Origin: a virus
Direction: 5' to 3' (one strand)
IMG/VR virus record: IMGVR_UViG_3300030103_005932
Span: 2,628-66,627 of that record
DNA: 64,000 nucleotides
The position numbers and the translations under genes are program-made. The notes beneath the pieces are model-generated. The model did no database searches. It was not told the DNA's origin and saw only the letters and a list, made by a program, of their open reading frames with translations. Positions 37,763-47,132 of this stretch are shown here, piece after piece. Numbering within the stretch: position 1 is the stretch's first letter; every line of letters starts with the position of its first letter.

Positions 37763-38863
37763 ATGACAAAAACAGTTTTTAACCAGGGCAAAGTTGACTT
37801 TACTAAACAGCCTATGTTCTTTGGCGAGGACGGTGGGGTACAAAGATATGATCAATTCAAGTATCCACAGTTCGATAAACTGAACCAGACAATGATTGGT
37901 TATTTCTGGAGACCAGAAGAAGTAAGTTTGCAAAAAGATAGAGCAGACTTTCAAACTTTTAGGCCTGAACAGAAACACATATTCACAAGTAATCTAAAAT
38001 ATCAAACACTATTGGACAGTGTGCAGGGCAGAGGACCCAGCCTTATGTTCCTGCCTTATGTTTCAAATCCTGAACTGGAAGGATGTATTGTTACTTGGGA
38101 CTTCTTCGAAACAATACACTCAAGATCATACACGCACATAATGAAGAATGTGTATCCAGACCCAACGGAAGTATTTGACACTATTGTAAACGACAAAGAA
38201 ATTTTAAAGAGAGCAAAATCAGTCACTGGCGAGTATGATAAGTTCGGAGCCATGGCACTAGACTACGCGGTTGGCAAAAAAGTTGATATGCTTGAATTGA
38301 AAAAACAATTATACCTAGCAATGAACACAGTGAACTTGTTAGAAGGTTTGAGATTTTACATATCATTTGCTTGTACTTTTGCATTTGGTGAACTTAAACT
38401 GATGGAAGGTTCGGCAAAGATACTTTCGCTTATCGCAAGAGATGAAGCAACACACTTGAACTTGTCCACACACGTAATAAAAGCATGGCACAAGGGCGAT
38501 GATCCAGAAATGACCAAAGCAATCAAAGGCACAGAAAAAACTGTGATACAGATGTTCAAAGACTGTGTTGAAGAAGAGAAGGCATGGGCAAAACACTTGT
38601 TCAAGGATGGTTCTATTATCGGACTAAATGAAAAACTTCTAGGCAACTACGTGGAATGGACAGCAAACAAGAGATTAAAAGCATTGGGATATGATCCGAT
38701 ATTTGATCAACCGGCAGGCACTAACCCACTGCCATGGACACAGCACTGGCTATCATCAAAAGGTATGCAGGTGGCACCACAAGAGACTGAAGTAGAATCC
38801 TACATTGTTGGTGGCATCAAGCAAGATGTTAAAAAAGGCCAGTTTAGCAAATTTAAACTTTAA
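37763..38863 (+). CDS. nrdB: class Ia ribonucleotide reductase beta subunit
   Basis: FWRPEE, ETIHSRSY, EGLRFY, RDEATH, VAPQETE. Confidence 0.98.
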   Translation: MTKTVFNQGKVDFTKQPMFFGEDGGVQRYDQFKYPQFDKLNQTMIGYFWRPEEVSLQKDRADFQTFRPEQKHIFTSNLKYQTLLDSVQGRGPSLMFLPYVSNPELEGCIVTWDFFETIHSRSYTHIMKNVYPDPTEVFDTIVNDKEILKRAKSVTGEYDKFGAMALDYAVGKKVDMLELKKQLYLAMNTVNLLEGLRFYISFACTFAFGELKLMEGSAKILSLIARDEATHLNLSTHVIKAWHKGDDPEMTKAIKGTEKTVIQMFKDCVEEEKAWAKHLFKDGSIIGLNEKLLGNYVEWTANKRLKALGYDPIFDQPAGTNPLPWTQHWLSSKGMQVAPQETEVESYIVGGIKQDVKKGQFSKFKL

Positions 38864-38875
38864 TAAGATCTACAT

Positions 38876-40129
38876 ATGGATAATAAGGATTACAAACCTG
38901 TTCATACCAATAAGGTAAAAGATAATACATCGCCTTTCACCGGACCGCTTGGATGGTTGGACAACAGGCTACCGATATTTAGAATGTTCAAGCATGAATA
39001 TCTTGACTTCCAAGTGCCAAAGAACCTAAACTATTTTTGGAGTTTTGGTGCTATTCTAACATTTACATTACTAGGATTAATTGCCACTGGCCTGGTGTTA
39101 GGTATGCACTACAAGCCAAGTGTGGCAGAAGCATTTTCTAGTGTCGAACACATCATGAGAGATGTAAACGGTGGCTGGCTGATACGGTACGCACACATGA
39201 ACTTGGCATCGTTCTTTTTCATTGCTGTCTATATACATATGTTCCGCGGATTATATTTTGGCTCTTACAAAGAACCGCGACAACTGATGTGGATATTTGG
39301 AATTATTATATACTTTTTAATGATGGCAACTGCTTTCCTTGGATATGTTTTACCGTGGGGACAAATGAGTTATTGGGGAGCCACAGTAATTACAAGTTTA
39401 TTTGGTGCTATTCCACTTGTTGGTGATTCCATTGTAACATTGCTATGGGGAGATTATGCAGTGGGAGATGCATTTCTAAACAGAGCATTCGTTTTACACT
39501 GGCTGATTGCATTTATAATTGTTTTGGTTGTAGTGTTTCATGTCATTGCTTTACATATGACAGGTTCAAACAATCCTACAGGCGTAGAACCCAAGGACAC
39601 ACGAGATACAGTTTCATTTCATCCATACGTGACTATGAAGGACATGTACGCTTTCTTGGTCTTCCTATTAATTTTTATGCTATTCTTGATGTACGTGCCA
39701 AACATATTAGGGCACCCTGACAACTACATAGAAGCAAATCCTTTGGTGACACCTGCCCACATTGTTCCTGAATGGTACTTCTTGCCTTGGTATGCTGTAT
39801 TGAGGGCGATACCAGATAAGTTGGGTGGTGTCATTGCAATGGTTTCCGCTATTGGGGTGATGGCCTTACTGCCATGGTTGGACACATCTAAAATACGATC
39901 TTCCATATATAGGCCAATATGGAAACAGTTCACTTGGTTTCTAGTTGGTGACTTCTTCCTATTGATGTATTGTGGAGCCATGCCAGCAGAAGGTGGCTGG
40001 ATATTATTAAGCAGGATTGGCACTGCGTACTGGTTTGCCTACTTCCTGATACTGGCTCCGGTAGTTGGTTGGACAGAAAAACCACGGCTGATACCCGACG
40101 CAATACATCTCCGCAACAAGAAAACATAG
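38876..40129 (+). CDS. petB: cytochrome b of the bc1 complex
   Basis: RYAHMN, YIHMFRG, LPWGQMSYWGATVI, FVLHW, FHVIALH, HPDNYIEANPLVTPAHIVPEWYFL, IPDKLGGV. Confidence 0.97.
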   Translation: MDNKDYKPVHTNKVKDNTSPFTGPLGWLDNRLPIFRMFKHEYLDFQVPKNLNYFWSFGAILTFTLLGLIATGLVLGMHYKPSVAEAFSSVEHIMRDVNGGWLIRYAHMNLASFFFIAVYIHMFRGLYFGSYKEPRQLMWIFGIIIYFLMMATAFLGYVLPWGQMSYWGATVITSLFGAIPLVGDSIVTLLWGDYAVGDAFLNRAFVLHWLIAFIIVLVVVFHVIALHMTGSNNPTGVEPKDTRDTVSFHPYVTMKDMYAFLVFLLIFMLFLMYVPNILGHPDNYIEANPLVTPAHIVPEWYFLPWYAVLRAIPDKLGGVIAMVSAIGVMALLPWLDTSKIRSSIYRPIWKQFTWFLVGDFFLLMYCGAMPAEGGWILLSRIGTAYWFAYFLILAPVVGWTEKPRLIPDAIHLRNKKT

Positions 40130-40156
40130 CACTTTTTGTCGGCAATAAATATCCAT

Positions 40157-40471
40157 ATGCCACGAATGTCAAGAAACAGAGTAGACAGAGCAAGGACAGG
40201 ACACCTTTGTACTCCTTCGATAGGGTGCATTGCCTCACAGAATTCTGTGTTCGGAAATGGAATATCATTCCTAAGGCTAGGTGACTCATTAATTAGGCAC
40301 ACTATCTTAGTGCCATGTGGTAAGACCACGTGTTGTAAAATGCATGGTGCATCAATAAGAAGAGGATCACCAAACGTGTTTGTGCAAGGCGTTCCGGTCG
40401 CACGGGTAGGTGATAGTGCTGACCTAGGAAGTATGATACAGGGTTCACCAAACGTGTTCGCAAACGGATAA
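40157..40471 (+). CDS. PAAR spike-tip protein
   Basis: D...TGH.C, RLGD, GSPNVFVQGVPVARVGD, GSPNVFANG; TAAATA 5 nt upstream. Confidence 0.9.
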   Translation: MPRMSRNRVDRARTGHLCTPSIGCIASQNSVFGNGISFLRLGDSLIRHTILVPCGKTTCCKMHGASIRRGSPNVFVQGVPVARVGDSADLGSMIQGSPNVFANG

Positions 40472-40473
40472 AA

Positions 40474-41757
40474 ATGACAGTAAACAAAGGCTTATCATCT
40501 CTCGTAAATTCAGATCCTGATTTCAGTAACCAGGCCGTAGAGAATGCAATCAATGACATCAAGGCAGTTGACAAAGACGATGGACATCAATTTATTCTTT
40601 CTCAATTTGCCGTTGATGAAGCAATACACGACAATGCTGTCTTAACGCAGACACAAAAAAATGACGCACTAGAAACTATATACAACGCCCAACCTCACCT
40701 ACAAATTGGACGGTACCTAAACGACGTTGTGAGGCACACAAACAGTATTTTAGATGGATCGATCATACCTGGAGATCCTGCAATAACAGGTACGTTGGAT
40801 AACGGACAAGGAGATTTTTTGGAAATATTGAGCTCTGTACAATCTTTACAGACCTTGATACCAAGTTTATACGGAGTACCTGCCAAGGACAAAGCAAGAT
40901 CAGTAAATGATCACTTGGGCACCTTAAACAATATATTTTCAGAAACCGAAGACAGTTCGGCGCCTGTGTTTACAAGATTAAAAAGGATTATGGAATTGAT
41001 TGATACTAATTCAAGGAGAACAAGTGCTTTGAATTTGGCCATCACAAACGCATCCGTGGCGAATTATAACTTAAGAACTTTCCTTACAACCATAACAGAT
41101 GACTCCACAGACTTCCAGCAAAGTTTGGACAACAGAGTAAACTCTATTGTTACAATGTTCTCCACCCTAAATACTCGTATCACAGAAATTACAGGAGATC
41201 CTACAACCGATCTGATTGCAATCAGAGAAGAAATAAATGTGCAGGTGCAACTTGAAAAAAGCAATATTTCTGGAATACGAACTTATCTAAAAAATGTATC
41301 GGAATATCAATCCTATGTTGGTTTGGCAGATGATGACGATCTACGAGAATTAATGGCAAAGGTGGCGCAGAACACTAATTGGCAAACTTACTTTACCGAA
41401 TACCAGGGAAACCAAGCATCTCTGAATCCACTCTACAACGCTACCACAGACTCAGACAAGAGTGCGATCATAGACCAAGTGTTGGCAAGTAGTGGACTGC
41501 CCGACGTTGTGGATCACTTGGATTTGGACGCGGTTGCCAACAAGGCCAAACGTGATGACAGAATAAGCACCAAAGGATTTGATCTACTGACCTCCGCACA
41601 GCAGATAACAAAATGCTGTGAACAATTGGCACTAGACACAGCCAACAGAGACATATTCGATCAAAGTAATAGGCTACTCAATAACTTGAATCAGCATGAT
41701 AGGGATAAGGTTCAACAGGCACTTGATCTTAACGAGGCCAGCAGTACCTTAAGTTAG
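40474..41757 (+). CDS. hypothetical protein, possibly baseplate/tail associated
   Basis: 427-aa helical ORF right after PAAR. Confidence 0.6.
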   Translation: MTVNKGLSSLVNSDPDFSNQAVENAINDIKAVDKDDGHQFILSQFAVDEAIHDNAVLTQTQKNDALETIYNAQPHLQIGRYLNDVVRHTNSILDGSIIPGDPAITGTLDNGQGDFLEILSSVQSLQTLIPSLYGVPAKDKARSVNDHLGTLNNIFSETEDSSAPVFTRLKRIMELIDTNSRRTSALNLAITNASVANYNLRTFLTTITDDSTDFQQSLDNRVNSIVTMFSTLNTRITEITGDPTTDLIAIREEINVQVQLEKSNISGIRTYLKNVSEYQSYVGLADDDDLRELMAKVAQNTNWQTYFTEYQGNQASLNPLYNATTDSDKSAIIDQVLASSGLPDVVDHLDLDAVANKAKRDDRISTKGFDLLTSAQQITKCCEQLALDTANRDIFDQSNRLLNNLNQHDRDKVQQALDLNEASSTLS

Positions 41758-41764
41758 GCTTAAC

Positions 41765-41993
41765 TTAACTATCAATCTTGCTACAACCTACTTGTATAGA
41801 TTTGAAATCCACACGCATCTCATAAAATCCGTCTATAGTTTCTTCAAGTTTTTTATATGAGGCTAGATTGCATTCGTCTACAGTTTTGTATATTTTTGGT
41901 GGATCTTCGTAATAGGTTGTGCAGTCAACAACACTGGTCATTATATCATCAGGCCACGATGTTAAACACATAATTGCAAACATTTCGAACATA
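41765..41993 (-). CDS. hypothetical Cys-containing protein
   Basis: ORF downstream of the tmRNA; start trimmed to avoid the RNA. Confidence 0.55.
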
Positions 41994-42004
41994 AAACTAT
42001 TTAC

Positions 42005-42307
42005 AAAAAGTGGCCCGTTCTGTTGCAAGGTGGGCCAAACCCCTGAAATTATTGGTTATTACGCCGCTAATCTCAATGCAGGCATACTGACTGTTAGGTC
42101 AGCAAACCCTAATGCTCTTTTGTTTGCATTTAAAAACGGCCTGTTTAGGTCAGTGCCATCACCGCAAACTCCCAAGATCTTTACACACCCGTCGAATCTA
42201 GTTCACCCCCGGAAGGGATTACATAGGCCACCAAGTAATAAATTGGTGGAGGTGGTCGGTACTGCCCCGACGTCCGAAATGTTTATTTCATCTTGATCAA
42301 CATTTAC
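42005..42307 (-). ncRNA. ssrA: two-piece (circularly permuted) tmRNA
   Basis: acceptor piece ending GUCGG-GGCAGUA-CCGAC-CACCUCC-A-CCA (3' end 42244) precedes coding piece GGGGGUGAACUAGAUUCGAC (5' end 42210); G3-U70 pair; tag ANKRALGFADLTVSMPALRLAA at 42127-42059. Confidence 0.95.
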
Positions 42308-42365
42308 AAATAATATTTAAGCACAGAGTTGACCTTTTGTCAACAATGTGTATAATTAGAAGTAT

Positions 42366-42569
42366 ATGCCAAAAAATAGAATTTTCAAATTTGATGATGG
42401 GACAGAGACAAAAGATGTTGAAGCTCTTTCTTTCAAGAAGGCCGTGAAGTCATTTCAGGGCAATTCTAAAGCCAAGATGGTAACTATTGAGTGGACGACG
42501 AAGAACGGGGAGGTTTTCGTCAAGGAACAACAATTACCAATTGGTAGAAAGAAAAAGTTAGGCAGGTAA
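42366..42569 (+). CDS. hypothetical basic protein
   Basis: downstream of TTGACC-16-TATAAT promoter (42329-42356). Confidence 0.7.
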   Translation: MPKNRIFKFDDGTETKDVEALSFKKAVKSFQGNSKAKMVTIEWTTKNGEVFVKEQQLPIGRKKKLGR

Positions 42570-42736
42570 TGAGAGTAAATCACAACCCGTTAGTAAAATT
42601 ATTAGTTAAATTAAGAATGTGGATTGCAGATGTGCGTGGACATCACGGCAAGCCATGGGACTATGAACCAGGTGACTACTACATGGGCAGTCACAAAGGC
42701 CATAGGAAACACGAAGAGAAACACGGAATCAAATGA
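42569..42736 (+). CDS. small His-rich protein (55 aa; not in ORF track)
   Basis: MRVNHNPLVKLLVKLRMWIADVRGHHGKPWDYEPGDYYMGSHKGHRKHEEKHGIK; TAATG coupling. Confidence 0.55.
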   Translation: MRVNHNPLVKLLVKLRMWIADVRGHHGKPWDYEPGDYYMGSHKGHRKHEEKHGIK

Positions 42737-42806
42737 GCAGATTGATGTGGACAATACTTTTAGTCTACACATCAGCATTCATTTTTGGTTGTGTCACACT
42801 TTTATA

Positions 42807-43007
42807 ATGGGCAAAGTCACAAACAGATATTGGGTAGTTGAAGGGACACACAAGGATCCCAACGACATAGACACATTAGATCATAAAACAGAGACAAAGT
42901 ATGGACCTTACAGCAACGAGGAACAAGCCTCGGAACTGGCAAAGTCATTGATCCAACGCAACATAGATGATTATTATCACCGTGCTTGGGTAATCACAAA
43001 ACACTAA
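42807..43007 (+). CDS. DUF4170-like small protein
   Basis: YWVVEG...YGPY..EEQA....Q.NIDDYYHRAW pattern. Confidence 0.55.
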   Translation: MGKVTNRYWVVEGTHKDPNDIDTLDHKTETKYGPYSNEEQASELAKSLIQRNIDDYYHRAWVITKH

Positions 43008-43056
43008 TAGAACTCCATAGCCTAAGGATTTAAATAATATTGTCAAGGGGGTGGTC

Positions 43057-43344
43057 ATGTTATTCAAATCAGCACAAAAGCGGACTAACTATTGGTCCAA
43101 GATACGTAAGAAAGCACCAAAGGTGCCGGATATCACTTGTCCGGACATAGACAAAATTCTTGATATATTGGATAGGGCACAAAAAAACGACAAGCCACTT
43201 TCAGAAGCAAAGCATAAGCAAATAGAACGTATAATGGAAAAATTGCGAACTGCTAACGACTCATTGAGAGAATCTGGAAAATTCTGGCACGACGCCTGCA
43301 AGGATACCGTAAGAGATCTATTAGGTAAAAAACGCCTACGTTGA
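43057..43344 (+). CDS. hypothetical protein
   Basis: PDITCPDID...MEKLR.AN..LR motif; TAAATA upstream. Confidence 0.65.
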   Translation: MLFKSAQKRTNYWSKIRKKAPKVPDITCPDIDKILDILDRAQKNDKPLSEAKHKQIERIMEKLRTANDSLRESGKFWHDACKDTVRDLLGKKRLR

Positions 43345-43444
43345 CAAAAATCTATTTCTGTGTTATAATACTTTTGTATTTTTAGATACAGCCTATTGTT
43401 GGCATTTTCTAGAGATACATCATATTAAACAATTGGAGAAAAAT

Positions 43445-44524
43445 ATGGAAAACGTAAGAACGCTTCTTGACGTCGTTGATGAAGTCAAAAGAGAAGCACC
43501 AGAAGACGTGCCAAACTGGACAAAAAGGTACGAAGAAGCAAAAATTAATCTCAACAACAAATTGGAAGAAGGATTCAGTCTGCCACTGGGCACTGAAGCA
43601 CACCCCTTAGAAGATTTCGCATTTAATTACTCTGTGCAGAGAGATGTACGTGCAGGACACGTTATGAATATTATGCGGAAGTTTGATCCAAGAGTGTGCT
43701 GTCCTGTGTCGGCAGTGAGAAGATCCGATAGCAAAACACTTTACATTTTTGACGGACAACACAGAGCAGTAAGCCTGGCATTGTTAGGTTTCAAGAGCAT
43801 TCCGGTTACGATAGTTGAAACCGATGAACCGGCATTTGATGCCATTGCTTTCGAAATAGTAAATGACACAGGTATATTAAGGGCAGGTACAGAGGAGATC
43901 CATAGAGTCCTATTACACAGATATAAAATGGGCGAAGAAGAAGTTGATAGCAGGCCTTGGATCGCAAGGCAAGTGCAAGACGCTTTTGATCAAGTTGGCA
44001 TTGATCTCGAACCAAAAAGGGTAAGAAGCAGTGCAAACAAGAAAGGACCAAATGATCATTATTTTTCACATTTTGATTATGCCTACAAGGGAATGAAGAT
44101 GTCCGGAAAGGATGGACTAACCAATGCTTTGAAGGCAATCAAGGAAGTGTTTCCGGACGAGCCAGGTGGAGAGATCAATCAAGGTTTGTTTATTGGTCTT
44201 ATGAAACAGTATGAATTGTCGGCGGGCAGGTTGCACAGGTTGCCGGACGATTGGATGAAACAATTATTGTTGGCAACTAAATCTGTGTGTGCAAGTGCAA
44301 CACTAATACACACTGCCAGTAAGAGGCAATGGCAACACGCAAACGGTACTGGATGGGACGCACCTGTGGCAATGGCTCATGTTCTGAAAGAGATCTATGA
44401 GGCAGAAGTGCCAGAAGGGTTCGAACCAAGTTTCATTCAACAAGTAAATGTTGGACTGAAAGACAGCAATATCTCACCAGAGTCAGAAGCACAAACAGCC
44501 TTCAAGAAATATGTTAATGCTTGA
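43445..44524 (+). CDS. ParB/Srx-superfamily DGQHR-motif protein (DUF6551-like)
   Basis: SVQRD...YIFDGQHRA; sigma70 promoter at 43341-43369. Confidence 0.75.
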   Translation: MENVRTLLDVVDEVKREAPEDVPNWTKRYEEAKINLNNKLEEGFSLPLGTEAHPLEDFAFNYSVQRDVRAGHVMNIMRKFDPRVCCPVSAVRRSDSKTLYIFDGQHRAVSLALLGFKSIPVTIVETDEPAFDAIAFEIVNDTGILRAGTEEIHRVLLHRYKMGEEEVDSRPWIARQVQDAFDQVGIDLEPKRVRSSANKKGPNDHYFSHFDYAYKGMKMSGKDGLTNALKAIKEVFPDEPGGEINQGLFIGLMKQYELSAGRLHRLPDDWMKQLLLATKSVCASATLIHTASKRQWQHANGTGWDAPVAMAHVLKEIYEAEVPEGFEPSFIQQVNVGLKDSNISPESEAQTAFKKYVNA

Positions 44525-44711
44525 AGAATATGTATATAAGATGAGAGTCACCAAAAACAATAAAACTGAGACTTGGTGGCTCTGTCTTCCGTTGAACATG
44601 ATTGATGCAACTGTGCAAGACCATTATGATTGGGGAGCAGATGCAGTTGAATTAGAATTAATGCCAAATATCACTAGGGAGCAGTTTCATGATAAACTAC
44701 CAAAATCTTAA
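44511..44711 (+). CDS. hypothetical protein
   Basis: 66-aa ORF overlapping both neighbours. Confidence 0.55.
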   Translation: MLMLEEYVYKMRVTKNNKTETWWLCLPLNMIDATVQDHYDWGADAVELELMPNITREQFHDKLPKS

Positions 44712-45213
44712 AAATATTCCAGAGATAACGTTCAAGTCTAAAACAAAGCCAGCAGTGGCCGAACTATCGAAATACATAGACAGCATGAAATCGGATCTGT
44801 TTAATGATGCGTGGAGTCAGGCTACAAAAAAACATATCAAGACATCCTTGACTTTGTACATCAGATCCATGCAGAAACAATTGGCCCCGATGGGATACCA
44901 TTATCGTGCAGATGACATAGAAGGCAAACAGCACCTAGAACACGTGATCCCCCAGAACAAAATTATTAACGCATATTTGCACGGCTTTATTACTGCCGAG
45001 CAGGCCTTACAAATGCCTTTGTGTATTATCAGCGACTCCGATAAACATCTACTAGAAGGTGACTGGCAACAGTCTGGCAACTGGCAATATCCTTTCCGAA
45101 GATATCAATCTGCAGGTTATACTAAAACTATTAGAAGTGTTGATGGACGTGTTATTGACATGCAGAAGCACACACTGGATGGCCATTTCGCTATGCTAGG
45201 GATCAAAGCATAA
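44689..45213 (+). CDS. HNH-like/His-Me finger protein
   Basis: HLEHVIPQN...PLCIIS...YPFRRY. Confidence 0.55.
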   Translation: MINYQNLKNIPEITFKSKTKPAVAELSKYIDSMKSDLFNDAWSQATKKHIKTSLTLYIRSMQKQLAPMGYHYRADDIEGKQHLEHVIPQNKIINAYLHGFITAEQALQMPLCIISDSDKHLLEGDWQQSGNWQYPFRRYQSAGYTKTIRSVDGRVIDMQKHTLDGHFAMLGIKA

Positions 45214-45227
45214 TATAAGTATTCTCG

Positions 45228-46289
45228 ATGATACGTCAAAAACGTCCGACCCAGCAGTACAAATTACTCCAAAAAGAATATGACGATGTCTATAAGGACA
45301 TCATGCTGAATGGCTATGATTTCAGTGGACCTTACACAGAAAAGTGCCAAGAAAAACTTAAAGAAATTACAGGAAGAAAGCATATGTACATGACTATCAG
45401 CGGCACCGGTGCCATTACGGCGGCCATATATGCCCTCGACTTATTTGATAAGAAAGTTGCAGTAAGCAGTTGGAATTATTCGGCCTGCGTTAACCAGTAC
45501 CAAGCATTTAGCAAACCAGTTTTTGTTGACTGTGATGATAATTTTTTTATAGACATAGAAAAAATACCTTCAGACTGTGATGCAGTGATGTTGGTAAATT
45601 ACTTCGGCAACGTGGTTGACTATGATAAGTTGGCATCTGTGTACAAAGGCAAAGTAGTGGCAGATTGTAGCCAGGCACTAGGAGCAACCTACAAAGGAAG
45701 AACCGACGGATATTTTGGTGATGTCAGCACTTTTGCATTTGGTGGGCAAAAGCCACTAGGAACAAGAGGCTTTGCAGGTGCAATAGGAACCGACGACGAT
45801 GACATCGCATATCGAATTGATTGTGTCATCAATCAAGGCAAGGCAGGTGAAAACAGGAACAACAAAACAGAAATGTTAGGATTCAGAGGCACACCGCAGG
45901 AACTACAATGCGGAATGCTTTATGTTGGTATGAAACACTACAAAGAATGGCAAGAAAAAAGGAAAAAAATTGCCACACGGATACAAGATGAATTGTCGGA
46001 TTGCCCATTGCGTTTTATTAAAACAAATTACTGCGACAGCGGATACTTCAAATTGCCGTTTGAATTAGACAACAGAGATAAATTTATTGCTTTTATGCAT
46101 GAGCAAGGAGTTGACGCACAGGTGACATTTCTTGACGACTGGAATGTTGTATTTGGCGATGGTACACCGATGCCAAACACTCAGAAAATGATATCAAACA
46201 CAGCAACTTTACCACTTTCACCGTTCTTTTCTGATGAGGAAGTCACTACAATAATTGAAGCAGTGAAAAAATTTTACAAACAAGGTTGA
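45228..46289 (+). CDS. DegT/DnrJ/EryC1/StrS sugar aminotransferase
   Basis: SGTGAI, PVFVD, DCSQALGA, FAFGGQKPLG, LPLSP. Confidence 0.9.
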   Translation: MIRQKRPTQQYKLLQKEYDDVYKDIMLNGYDFSGPYTEKCQEKLKEITGRKHMYMTISGTGAITAAIYALDLFDKKVAVSSWNYSACVNQYQAFSKPVFVDCDDNFFIDIEKIPSDCDAVMLVNYFGNVVDYDKLASVYKGKVVADCSQALGATYKGRTDGYFGDVSTFAFGGQKPLGTRGFAGAIGTDDDDIAYRIDCVINQGKAGENRNNKTEMLGFRGTPQELQCGMLYVGMKHYKEWQEKRKKIATRIQDELSDCPLRFIKTNYCDSGYFKLPFELDNRDKFIAFMHEQGVDAQVTFLDDWNVVFGDGTPMPNTQKMISNTATLPLSPFFSDEEVTTIIEAVKKFYKQG

Positions 46290-46313
46290 CTAATAACCAA
46301 ATTGTAGTATAAT
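46284..46313 (+). promoter_or_regulatory. early sigma70-type promoter
   Basis: GG-TTGACT-16nt-TATAAT. Confidence 0.8.
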
Positions 46314-46317
46314 TAGG

Positions 46318-46445
46318 ACAGCGGACCACCAGAGCCGGTAAGGTGCCAGTGCTCATTTGTAAATCTTATTGGAGACGCTCTACGTCGATGATGGATTATA
46401 GCCAAAAGCGGCGAGGCTGGAGTCGATAACGGACTGGTGGTATGC
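46318..46445 (+). ncRNA. candidate structured ncRNA or long structured leader
   Basis: GC-rich non-coding tract after the promoter; closing stem ACCACCAG/CTGGTGGT and nested stems CCG/CGG, CCAGT/GCTGG, CTC/GAG, AATC/GATT, GACG/CGTC. Confidence 0.55.
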
Positions 46446-46453
46446 TAAACAAT

Positions 46454-46984
46454 ATGCCAAGCGATAAAACAAAAAAATTACTAGAAGGACTAGGCAAAAT
46501 CACAGATAGCAGTGGTGTTGGCCCTACCAAAGAAGAACCAAAAGTACATTCATTTACAAACAGATTTTACACATCCATTTCACCAAGTATCCACGAACTG
46601 CCGGCAAAATACAAAAGGGCAAAAAAGAGAAAGGACGAGGATGGAGAAGAATATGTAATGATTGATAGGGTATATGGCAGTATATTTGTTGGGGGTGCAA
46701 GGTTATTACAAGCAGACGGTTCAACTTACAAAGGAAAGTTATACACTAAACGGAGATTGATTTCTAACAAAGATCCAATGACGAGGGAGAACAAGAGTTT
46801 TTACAGTCGATGCACGGTCACTGCAGATGGTAGATGGTTCGACAACGCAGGATTGCCAATAGAGGCTCCAAAAAATTTAGAGCCAGAAAAGGTTAAGTCC
46901 AAGGAAGAAGTAGAAGAAGAACAAAGGATCAAAGCAGAAAAACTAAAAAGGAAAGAAGCCGAGATACTGGCTAATTTGAAATGA
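46454..46984 (+). CDS. hypothetical protein
   Basis: TADGRWFDNAGLPI motif; charged C-terminus. Confidence 0.7.
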   Translation: MPSDKTKKLLEGLGKITDSSGVGPTKEEPKVHSFTNRFYTSISPSIHELPAKYKRAKKRKDEDGEEYVMIDRVYGSIFVGGARLLQADGSTYKGKLYTKRRLISNKDPMTRENKSFYSRCTVTADGRWFDNAGLPIEAPKNLEPEKVKSKEEVEEEQRIKAEKLKRKEAEILANLK

Positions 46985-47132
46985 CGCCTTTGGCCAAAAA
47001 GTTCTTGCCGAGTAAGGATAGATTGGTAAACAATGCTTACCAAATGATGATTACTGCAAAGGACCCATGGTTCCAGAAATATTGGGAAAAGGTTTACATA
47101 CACCTTTGCAAACAATATAATAAAATTAACTA

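Noticed and set aside
35345-38863. Intron or intein in nrdA/nrdB
   Set aside because: Both ORFs are uninterrupted and of normal length.
41749-41763. CtrA-like TTAA-N7-TTAA box
   Set aside because: Single copy between convergent gene ends in AT-rich DNA; expected by chance.
42244-42280. tRNA gene
   Set aside because: The T-arm and CCA belong to the tmRNA acceptor piece; there is no anticodon arm. I recognised no canonical tRNA in the window.
41919-42296. 125-aa plus-strand ORF
   Set aside because: Antisense to the tmRNA, which explains the sequence fully.
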